DNA of 64,000 nt, from NCBI GenBank assembly GCA_051362555.1, contig CM120647.1, positions 10,764,651-10,828,650 on the forward strand. Direction: 5' to 3'. The stretch's first letter is position 1. Each line of letters starts with the position of its first letter. Both the position numbers and the translations under genes were made by a program. Origin of the DNA: Lingula anatina. Its lineage: Eukaryota > Animalia > Brachiopoda. Under the pieces are notes generated by a model. It was not told where the DNA came from and did no database searches. It was given only the letters and a program-made list of their open reading frames with translations. Of the stretch, positions 23,538 through 35,500 are shown piece by piece.

Positions 23538-26500
23538 AAGCTTAGTTGTAGCCTAAAATGGGGTTTCATGTTAAATTTTGTTGGTTGAAAATTAAAACCA
23601 TTCAGTAGATTAAAGAATAAATTTTTGTTGTTATTTTAGCTAGAAGATGTTTGGAGACTGGTCAGAAAGAGCAGCCAGGAATCAGATATATGGCAAAGAA
23701 AATAAAGTGATTAATCCAAGCACCCGAAAAAGAAGTTTTGTGAAGAGGATTGACTTACTGCCCAACAGACTGAAATGTATTTTTGATGTTTTTCTACTTT
23801 GAACAAGTATTTGTATCTACAGTTGAAGGACACCAATGACCTGACAGATAGCTAATGTCAGCCCTGATGATCCAAGCAAGTAGCAAGGAGATCCCCCATA
23901 AGGAAGGACAGTAATTTATGGGAGCTTCATTAAATGATGAAAACTGACACTTTTTCGGTGACCTTTTTTTACAAGACATGAATTTTTGCCCCAGAAACGT
24001 GGAATTCCGCATTTTTTAATTCAATTCAAGGTGTCCCGGACCTCTGGCCGCTTAGGAGTCCCATGATAAATGTTCGGAGTTCTTTATTTATTTATTTATT
24101 TATTATTATTTTTTTTTTTGAAACCTAGGATCATGTCTGCTTTTTCTGTTTCATTTTACTGAAGATATCCATGAATGCCACCTTTAAATGGGATAAGATC
24201 TTACTGAGATATTGATATGGAATATCATATTTTTATTCCTTGGAGCAAAAGATCAGTTTGACTTAAATATTTAGAAGCAGCAGTATATGTTCCTGGTCCT
24301 GAGTAGTGCAGAATAATCCATGAATTACACCGTTACAGAAGTTGAACTTATTTCTTCATTCTTCTCAGGAAGGGGATTCAGTTGGATAATATAGATTTAC
24401 ATTACTTTGATGTTTTTGTAGAATGAAAATCAACCTTACTTTTTTTTTTTTGAAACATTCACTTAAATCTTGAGTCAAAACTTTGTCGGTGTCTTATTCA
24501 GTTAAGGGTGACAGGAGTAGTCTTGAATGGCAGTTACAATGCCTTCCACCCATTTATTAAGTTATTGGTAATAAATATTTTCCAGTATAAAGATTTGAAT
24601 TGTTTGCTACACTTCCAAATAATTTGCTTATTTATACTTAAACTTTAAAGATCCAATAAAGAGATGATTCCACATCACCGTCTAGTGACGTAATAGGCTC
24701 CACATGAGAGATGCGCGCGCAGCTCAGCGTCATTTCATTGCGCCGTTTCTCAGCGAAGCGTACGCGGATTTACAAGCTGCATGAAATTAATATTTCTGCA
24801 GTGTTTTGAGTTTTTTGAGTGCTCAAGCACGTCTGCTGACATACTGTTAATACAGTGATTTGTGTTTTAATACACACTGATACATATTTATCGCAATAAA
24901 TGCACGAAATCGTGCTAACTACTGTATTCATGTGTTGGGATTAGCGTTTCAGACTGTTACAAGCACTGTTTTGCGCACATTGCTACTGCGCTTCAATTTA
25001 TATGCGCACAAGTGTACTGCGCAATAAAAGTATATTAAGCGTGGTAAAAGTTTTATACAGTGACACCGACAAAAATGGCGGATAAAAATTCTGAAGGTAA
25101 CAATCAGCCCGAAAATTCGGGTTCAAAAACCAGTAAAGTTATCGTCAAAGAGAGTAGACCAAAACAAAAGACTGACAAGGAGATAAAAACACATGCGAAA
25201 CGGGTTGTCAGTGCGTCTAAGGAGATTTCTAACGAGGAGGTGAAAGTGCCGACGCCACGTGCTTCGGCTAGCACATCGAATGACACCTCCAATGGAGGGA
25301 ATGTCGATCTTTTGGGTCAAATTCTCCAAAAAATGGAGCAAATGCAAAAACAAATCAATGAAAACAGTAAACGTCCTTTAGAAGTCGACGAAGACGATTT
25401 GTTGGCTCTTAGCGATGAGGAGTCGCTTGATATGGATTTAGAAGTTGACAACCTACTGACTAATACTGAAATCCACAGTGAAACGGAAGGGAATATAATT
25501 CTTGAGAAGATTTCCCAAGAATTAATTGACGAAGAAGCAACATCTCCTAGTATAATGCCAGAATTGGCGGAGATTCTCAATAGAATAACGTCAAAAAGAA
25601 TTTCGGATGAGAAAATTAAGGAAAAGTTGGAGAAGTTTCCACCTCCAGCGAACTTGGGTGGGCTGAAAGTGCCCAAAGTTAATACAGAGGTGTGGAATAA
25701 AATTCTACCTGCTACCAGAGGTAAAGATATTAGATTACAGAAAGCGCAGACCAGGGTGGTCAGAGCGCTCACACCTCTGGCCCAACTTGCGAATATGTTT
25801 CTGGAGGCTAAAAATAAAAAGGAGTCATTTGATATTCCAGCTGGTTTGTCTCTTGTATTAAATGCGTTTTCGTTTGTTGCCAATGGCAGCATTGAGATAT
25901 CCCTTAGAAGGAGAGAACTGATAAAACCAGACTTGCACAGGGAGTACAGAGACGTTTGTTCACCGGACACCCCCATTACCGAATGGTTATTTGGCGATGA
26001 TTTTGCCGGGGTTGTGAAAGGTATCAATGAAACCAACAAGGTAGCAACAAAAGTGGGAAGCCGTAAAGATTACCATGGGCGTAATCGCCCAGCATATAGG
26101 CCAAGAGGTTTTCAAAAGTACACACCTTCAAAAAACGGCTACAGAAATTTCAAGAAATCAAGGCCAAATCACGCAGGCAAGCCCAAGCGGGATTAGAGAG
26201 AAAAAATGAAGCACCTAAAGAGGTCAGTATCAATTGGTCATCATATATTGATGCTTTAAAAGATAAATTGGCCACTGAGATAGCAAATTTTACTGCAGGT
26301 AATTTACAAAAGTGCAAAAAGTTTTGGCCAAATCTTACGTCAGATAAGTATATACTGAATACTGTTTCATATGGTATCAATATTGAAATAGACCAATCAA
26401 CACAACAGTCAAGAATTCCTCAGACTTATGCTTTCAATAAAGTAGAATCTGATATAATTTGTACTGAAATCCATCAACTTTTAGAGAAGAAAGTGATACG

Positions 26501-29500
26501 AAAGGTCAAACATTGTGCAGGTGAATTTATTTCCAATATTTTCTTAAGAGAGAAAAAAGATGGAAAGTACAGATTGATTTTAAATCTGAGGAAACTTAAT
26601 ACTTCTGTTGTATATCATCATTTTAAGATGACCAGTTTGCAGTCAGCCATTAATCTTATGAAACCTCAGTGTTTTATGTCAACCATAGATTGGAAAGATG
26701 CTTATTATTGTCTGGCAGTTTGTGATGAACACAAGAAACTGTTAAGATTTGAATTTGATGGGAACTTGTATGAATATCAGGTTTTACCAAATGGCTTGGC
26801 GAGTGGACCACGTGTTTTTACTAAAGTTACCAAACCAATTTTTTCCTATTTGAGGAAATTAGGTCACATGAATTGTCCATACATTGATGACAGTCTCTTA
26901 GTTGGAGAATCTTTGCAAGATTGCAGAGAGAATGTGATGCAAACAGTTAAAGTTTCTACTCAAGCAGGGTTTACTGTGCATCCAACTAAGTCTGTTTTAG
27001 AACCAACACAAAAGTTGGATTTTTTAGGCTTTACATTGGATTCTGTAAAAATGCAAGTGTCCTTAAACAAGAGACAAGCAGATAAAATATTTTCGGCATG
27101 TACCGATCTCTTACAGCAGGACTGTATAACTATTCTACAATTGGCAAAAGTAGTAGGATTATTGGTAGCATCTTTTCCTGGTGTAGAATATGGGCCTCTT
27201 TTTTATAGGTCACTGGATATGAGAAAAAATCAAGCTTTAAAAGCTAGTAAAGGAGACTTTCAAGCAAAATTGCAGATTGCCAATGATGATGCCTTGAAAC
27301 TAGACTTGACTTGGTGGATACAAAATATTCATTCAAGTTTTAAGTTGATTTCACATGGGAACCCTTCATCAGTTATTTATTCTGATGCATCAGAAAAAGG
27401 ATGGGGGGGAGCATGCAGGGGCATCACATCAGGAGGAAACTGGTCAGCAGTTGAAAGTACTTTTCACATTAATCATCTTGAATTATTAGCTGCATGGTTT
27501 GCTCTAAAATGCTTTGCACGAGATGAAACAAATATTCACATTAAAATGTGTATAGATAATACAACTGCTTTGTCATATATTGCTCGAATGGGAGGGAAAA
27601 TACCCTCGCTAAATAACTTGGCCAGAAAAATTTGGTTATGGTGCAAGGGAAAAAATATATGGTTATCAGTTGCATATATTGAATCACAAAATAATGTAGA
27701 AGCTGATAAAGAAAGTAGACTTGATCATGATAATCTTGAATGGAAGTTGCACCAAACAGTATTTAAAGATATAACTAAGCAGTTTTATCTACCAGAAACA
27801 GATCTGTTTGCTTCAAGGCTGAATAATCAACTACCTAAATATGTATCATGGAAACCTGATCCATTTGCTATGACAACAGATGCCTTGTCTATTGACTGGT
27901 CACAGATAAATGCTTATGCATTTCCACCTTTTTCTTTAATAGGAAAGATGTTAAGCAAGATAGAGTTTGATCAAGTGGATAGTATCATAGTGGTAGTGCC
28001 TTATTGGACAACTCAAGTATGGTTTTCAAAATTGAGCCATATGTTAATATCTTGTCCTTTTTTACTTCCCAGGAAGCAAGAATTGCTGTGGCACCCACAC
28101 AAAAACATGGACAATCATCTTCCAAAGCTACAGCTAATGGCTTTTGTATTGTCAGGGAAAGTTTCGAAGACATGGCATTTTCGCCAACAGCTGTCAAATT
28201 GGTCATGTCCTCATGGAGAGATACAACTGTCAAGCAATACGAATCTTACATTTCCAGATGGATTCAATATTGTAGTGAGAGGAACATTAATACCCTGTCA
28301 CCAAATGTAACTGATGTTGTAAATTTTCTAGCCCATTGCTTTGATATGGGACTTGGATATTCTGCTCTTAATACAGCAAGATCAGCACTTTCAACTTTTA
28401 TTATGGTGGATAAGTGTCCAGCAGGTGCTCATCCTCATGTGGTTAGACTGATGAGAGGAGTTTTTACTTCTAGACCTGCATTACCAAGGAACAATGTGAT
28501 ATGGGACACAAGTTTGCTTTTGAATTACCTCAAAAAACTTTCACCTGTGAAAAAACTTAATCTTTTACAACTGAGCAAGAAAGCAGTGACATTGACCATT
28601 TTATTGACAGGTCAAAGAACGCAATCCTTGCATCTTATTGACATTCGTAACATCACAATTAATAAGTCTAAAGTCACATTTAGATTTGGTGATTTACTGA
28701 AGCAGTCAAGACCAGGTCACCACATTGGTGAAATAACAGTGACAGCATATGCACCAGATAGACGATTATGTTTATGTACTGTCTTAATGGAATACATGGA
28801 CCGTGTCAAACATTTAAGAGGAAATATCACAAGATTGTTTTTAACATCTGTAAAGCCATTTAAGGCAGCAGCCAAATCTACCATATCTAGATGGATTAAG
28901 CAAACTATGAATATGGCTGGTATAGACATGGAGAAATTTACTCCACACAGCACACGTAGTGCAGCATCTTCACAAGCAAAACTTGCTAAAGTGCCATTAG
29001 ACACTATTTTGAAGACGGCAGGCTGGTCTAAAGATTGCACATTTGCTAAATATTACGATAAAGAAATAACTCAACAGGGCCAGTTTGCAGATGCGATTTT
29101 GTCTGGCACTAGTGCACATGTTTGACATGGACATTCAGATTTACAGGGAGATGTTTTATAAACTGTTTATTTGATTTTACTTTTTTAGCTGCAACTTGTG
29201 CAGTTACAGTTGTTACCTGCAAATTGTGCAGATGAAGTTCTTTCGAGCATTTAAATATGCTGTTTATAACTGCAACTTGTGCAGTTAGAGTTGTTTCCTG
29301 CAAATTGTGCAGATGAATTTCTATTGTGCATCAAATATGCTGTTACAAGTTGTTTGATAAACAAGTTTATTGTTCTTTGCAGTTAATACATGTTGATTTA
29401 AACACATAGTGTTTGTGCCTTTATTTGCTGGTTTCAAAAAACCTTGTAAGGTGTTGTGTTCGGACCACACTTTGAACGTCTCATGTGGAGCCTATTACGT

Positions 29501-32500
29501 CACTAGACGGTGATGTGGAATTAGAGGGTTAAATGAACTTACCGTAGGTGAGTGATATTTGACCTGGATTCCACATCATCGTCGGTGACAGAATAGGGTT
29601 CACATCCCACCCTGGGATAGTTCCCTTCCCGTGAACCTTTCTGTCACTCTGTGGTCCACACTACAACTACTTTGAAATATGACGCTGAGCTGCGCGCGCA
29701 TCTCTCATGTGAACCCTATTCTGTCACCGACGATGATGTGGAATCCAGGTCAAATATCACTCACCTACGGTAAGTTCATTTAACCCTCTAATTATGCATT
29801 ATGAAACATTGTTGATTGATTAAAAGCTGTGTGTGTGATTGGTGTCCAATAATTGTTGAAGTAGTAGATGAAAAGAAATGTTAAAAGAATACAGTTTTCT
29901 TTATATGATTAAATGTAAGAAAAATGTGGGTTTTTTGTCGTTTTATTTTCTGAATAATTAAATTTATTAGGCTAAAAATATTTTTAATTAATTTTGTAAG
30001 CTATAGTGTTACAGGGAATACCATTCCCAGGTGTACAATCCAGATGGCAGCTATTGAGCAAAGGGTAAAAACTTGAGGCCAAGTAGCAGGTTGAAAAGGG
30101 TTTATGTCTTGACCAAAGCTACATAAATTTCTATCACAAGTCATCAAAATATGAATATGACGGTTTAAATCCCAAAGGTAGGCTCTGTTATAGGGCAATT
30201 GCCTATTCTTGTAAAGTCTATTGTTCAATTCTGCCGTGATTAGAGTAATTGAGCAGGTGTTACTGGCCAAGACAAGAGCAACACGCATCCAAATTTTACA
30301 ATTTTCGGATATTTTAATATTAAAATATATCGCCAACAAAAGAAAAGGCCACGAGGATCTCCTTTGTACTTTATATTTTTAATGTTCCTTTACAAACCCA
30401 TACAGGTTTGACAGCCATAGGGCCTCTACTAGTGGGTATATGACCCTCTGAAAATCGCCATGCGTAAACTTAGTTTTGGGGGGTGGGGTAAAAAAAGTGA
30501 GTACAGTGTGGACAAGAAGGGTTATATTTTTAGTTTGAATGTCTTGGGGGGAAGAATATTGATCAACAAAATACATCATACATAAACATAGTAAATATAT
30601 TACTAGATAAGAGTATAATAAGCATATATATGAGTGACGTGTATGATAACTGAAAATCTGCTTCGAAAGCTGGAAAAACAGAAAATTGGGCATAAATCCC
30701 CTGAAATACAGTTTTATGGCATAACATTTGGCAGAAGTTAAAAGGGTCCTCAGGCAAGTATTTCAGCCCAATAAGGTCAAATTCTGTGAACCCCCACCTT
30801 GCCGCACTTGTCTGGTGCTTAAAAAAACTGGCACTTAACCATCTCATTTAAAGTATTGACCTGCAGAAAGAAAGGCAGAAACCAGCATTTGAAATATATG
30901 CTCCAAAGCTAAATAATGTACTGCCATAGACTGTAAGGATGATAAAAAACTCACTCTTTTAAAATCCTGTCAAATGCTGACATTATTAAAATAAAATTTG
31001 AAGTCTTTTATAAACCAGTTGTTTTTAAATGTTTGCTTTACATCTTAATTGATATTTTTTTGTATTCTTTCTATGTGGAATGTCTTAAATGGCTTTAATG
31101 AGGCTATTGGCATTCCATGGCATCATGTCAGACTAGAAATGGAGCTAGAGTGAGGTGGAGTAAAATGTTTTAGTGATAAATGTGAAATATTATATGTGCC
31201 ACAAATGCGGCATCATAAAACAATACAAAAGGTATATGCAAAAAATGATGAATTGGTAATGATGATGCTATACATCGTAATTTGACTGACCTTATAAGGA
31301 ACAACCAGAAAATATTTGTTGATACACTGTACATAACTTCTACCAGCTAATTTTAATCTTTGATGCACCGCACTGGCTAGTCTGTCATAATATCTGCCAT
31401 AATTTTTTTTCATATGGTCTAAATGTTATGAGCAATTGCAAGCTATCTTCTTCAGGATTTTCAGTTTTTACAAATATTCCCCCACGTATACATCACTTTT
31501 TACATTTATCAGCATCTTACACCTGACCAGGATATAAAACCAGTATCATTCACTGTTACAATTGATAGCTTTAATTATTATATTTTTCATTGCAGATCAC
31601 TGTTTTAGGGCTTGATCTTCAGCGTGTGGTTCGTATGATATCAGTGAATTTCCAGGAATGTAAGGACATTATTTTTTTTAGTAAAATGACTCTTATACAT
31701 TAATATATTTGTAGTTACAATAAAAAAGTGTTACCTCCCAATCCCATTTTTAATATTCTAATTTGTCACATCAGGTCTTGGTATGGGCGGCTGTTTAAAA
31801 ACATGATTAGACGTCATAGTTATCAGATCAGACCATTAAAAACACGATTAGACGTTGTAGTTATCAGATCAGACGAACTAAAAACATGAATAGACGTTGT
31901 TGTTATCAGATCAGGGGGGAAACTTCTCAGTGTCTTAACTGCTGCTGGTGGTGGGAGTGGTGTTGGTGCTGCTGCTGCACGAAGCAGCTGGCACTGACTA
32001 AGGGAGCTGTAAAGGCATGTTGAGCCTTGTCCTCTATCGTCCAACAAAGGACTAAGTGACCACAAGGGCCCCTAACATGTATGAGTAAAATATCACAAGG
32101 GCAGTGTAGTAGCCAATCAGAGGCTGTGGTTTAAGCTGGATACAACACTTGCCTGCGGCTGGATAATACACTCGTAATATTTCACGTACAGCTCGGCGAC
32201 TTGTAGGGGCCTATTGTATCAATCACATACTAGCCTACTACAGTACAACATCTGTCAACTCTCCTAAATCTGCCAATCGCAAGCACTTGTCAGTGTCAGA
32301 TTTTCGTAGTATTGACTGTGACGTCGGCGCAAGGGTGGCCAAGACCATTGACAAGAGCGCCATCTAGCGTCAAATCGAGTTTTGGCTTCTAGTTGCGTTT
32401 TGACGACTAGTCGTATTTTGCCGTCTGATCTGATAACTACAACGTCTAATTGTGTTTTTAATTGGTCTGATCTGAAAACTACGAAGTCTAATCATGTTTT

Positions 32501-35500
32501 TAATGCGCAATATTCAGGAATGCCTCCTTTAATTCTAAAGTGTTGCCGTCTAATCTGATAACTACAATGTCTAATCGTTATTTTTGTTCGTCTGATCTGA
32601 AAACTAAGGCCTCTAATCGTGTTTTTAATTTTTGTATAAACCGCCGCTCGTACTTAGTGATACAGTTGTACTGGTGAGTTTTCATAAGTAGAAACATGAG
32701 ATTATGCTATAGGGGATTCCCTTTCAAATCTGTACAATTTTTGTGGATTTTAATTTATTAGCCATATTGAATGTGATTGCTCCATTTAAACAAGAGGTAA
32801 GAGGTGTTGATGTCCTGCTTTCAGGCCTTGACCTGATAGAAGATGTACATCAGTCAGAATTGGTCAACAACATTAAGATGAAAGCCCAGTTCTACAGGGC
32901 ACAATGCTTTTGCAAGTCTAAGATGTATAAAGAAGCCAAAGAAGCTATTGATACAGCTTTGCAGCTAGCCAAAGAAGTCAGAGATTTAGAAAATTTAAAG
33001 GTAAAAATTAAAGGACAATGTTCATGTAAAAATCCATTTCTCGAATTTTGAAGATTCAGCACTCAATCTATACACTAGAGGTATGTTTTAATCGATCCCC
33101 GCCATTTAAAAATTATAAAAACAATCTATTAATAGTAAAAAAGCGTTTTAGTAAACCTCACCTCAATATGCATAAATGAAGCAACAGATCTGGGTCACGT
33201 GGTACTGTGACGACAATCACGATAAAGGTCTATGAGACTCAACTGAGCTGCATGCTGCAAACAGACAGAATGATTTTGGAAAGTTGTGTTGAACGGGGCT
33301 GAGCAATTTTCTTTATGCCTCAGTGTGTTGCCGTGGGATTCACAAAAATTGCAGCACTCTTTGACTATCTTTCTTTATCTGTGACGGTCTTCCGTGACTA
33401 ACTTGCTAACTTTGGTGACAATAGTTGCGATCCTCGCGATCTCGGTCACCTGAGGTGTTTTAGATCATATCAAAAGCTGATAGTCTTTTAGATACTGTCA
33501 TCAGTTGGCAAGCTTACTAATTGCTGATGCATTTTTAAATTCATTGTATTTGACCAAGAGCTCGTTAACAATAAAATCTGTTAATTATGCACCGCTGCAA
33601 TTCCCAAGCCAGGTAATAACAGGTATGAAACTCGTCTTGGTGGGCTTTCATATTTTTCAATATATCTCATTTATTTCATGGGGTTATTTTATTGGTATTT
33701 GTAAATGACGTTAAATATCAATACTTAAACAATTAAGAGAGAACAGTTTCATTAGCTCTGTATGTATATATTCAAATTCTTGTTTTTCTTTTTATCAAGA
33801 GCTTGTAAAATATGTGGGTATTACCTCCAATATATAAAAAGAAAAACAAGACTTTGAATTAAACAATTAAGTTCTAACACGGTCGCGAACATTAATAAAA
33901 GAAATTGCTCTCAGGGTATCTTGAAGCTTCCGTGCAAGAAAACGTGTTGAGGAAAAACAGGAAAAAGAGCGTTATATTAAAGAAAAAATGGGAACTGCTG
34001 TAATAAAATGGTTCGTTATCCTAATTCGTTTATGCATTGAGGATTTGTTTCTGAAGAGTATTTCATCTGAAATATTAAATAATTTAAAAGATTTATCATT
34101 TTATAACTTGAAACGCAAATTCTGCGTCAGTACGCAATTTTTTTTTTTTGCAAATTTGTAAGCTTATAACACCGTGCTATAAAGATCTACTCAAGAAAAA
34201 AATTTGCTTGGGTAAAATTGAGTACGGAATGAACTGGAGACACTTGGCCTGTCATTAAGTTTACACGAAAATATGTCAGGTAACTTTATACTGTTTTTGA
34301 AAGAGTAAAGATTGAAAGATATCTAGTACCCCCAGGTCTACGGGAGCTGCTCTTTGTAACTAACGCACAGGTAGATTTTTACCTGAGATAACTGGAGTAA
34401 AGCTTAGATAGAGAGTGCGTTCGATACAAGCAAGACAAATTGAATGCCATTTAACCCTCTAATTAAGAGGTAAAGGAAGTTCCAGTTAGATGGATGATTA
34501 AGATAGGACATGTAAAGGTAACGGGCATTGTTTACCTCAGTTTAATAAAAGTATGCAAGACGGAGTGTCAGCGGTTTAATAAAATAAATTGAATTTCACA
34601 AATAACATGGACCTCATATGCAATAATCAACATTCAAATGCAGTGTTTTATACAACTTGGGATAACCATGATTAAATGCTTGTTAAAGAATTGACTAGAC
34701 AGGAAATGGTTTTACACAGCTTCATGAGGATTTAGACCCCTCGGGTAAGAGATTTGAATGAGTATAAACTTTTATCAGAAGCCAGAGAAGTCATCTTACA
34801 GGAAGACAATGCAGCTCAGTTTAACAGCTAAGCACGCTCTATTCTCCAGTGGCTCGATTGTCGTCATCAGACCACGTGACAACGTAGCTCATTAACTCTC
34901 AGGCCGAGCAAATAGGACGTTTTTTAAAGCCAAAAATTCACAAAATGAGCTTTTAATTTGTGTATTTGGATAAAGATATCGTTAGTTGGGCATGTTTTCT
35001 GAAGAATATGTTCCGTTCAGGCCATTCTGACGGCATGAAGCAAACCCTTTAATGCATTACCTGGCAACCCTTAGCAAAATATCAAGCCTGCTGCGAATTT
35101 GCAGCAATTTTGCTGAGAACTGCAATTCTTCTTGCAAATTTGCTGCAATATGGCTGCAAAATTGGAGCAATAAAATTTTCTTGCAAACCCTGCAAACTTG
35201 TTGCTGCAAACTTTTTATTTTGCTAAGGGTATTCAGTAGTACAAAGCATAAGGTTTTCCCACTGAAAATTTCTACTTAACAAAATTTTCTTAAAATAACC
35301 TCATTTGATCCCCTTTTCTTGACATCTTTCATACTCTGTAACAATATGGGGAAAACAAAAAGTCTTGAACCCATGCTTCAGGCTCAGTTTTTGCAACTTC
35401 TGCCAGATTCCACTATTTAAAACTGTCAGTATGGTTGGTAGGAGGTGAGGTTCGACAAGATGGGGTAATTTCGTTTTTTTTGCGATATTAAAATCGCTGT

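Larger units (their letters stand above)
24667..29793 (+). mobile_element. Full-length DIRS1-type tyrosine-recombinase retrotransposon in intron 8 of the HELZ2-like gene (sense orientation)
   Basis: ITRs about 24666-24737 / 29673-29746. ICR 29479-29605: first part complementary to the left end (24668-24709), second part to the right extension (29707-29791). ATT at both termini. gag, RT-RH-MT and YR ORFs are intact. Confidence 0.95.

Noticed and set aside
23640-23790. Possible extra exon between exons 8 and 9
   Set aside because: One acceptor gives an early stop, the other lacks a good donor or TPR similarity; exons 8 and 9 already join in phase
21750-24100. Possible transposon remnant (more CpG-rich, cactagtag at about 22339)
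   Set aside because: Could not identify matching termini or coding motifs
25317-26039. 240-aa antisense ORF, and other antisense ORFs over gag, YR and exon 24
   Set aside because: Shadow ORFs of real coding sequence with no recognisable motifs
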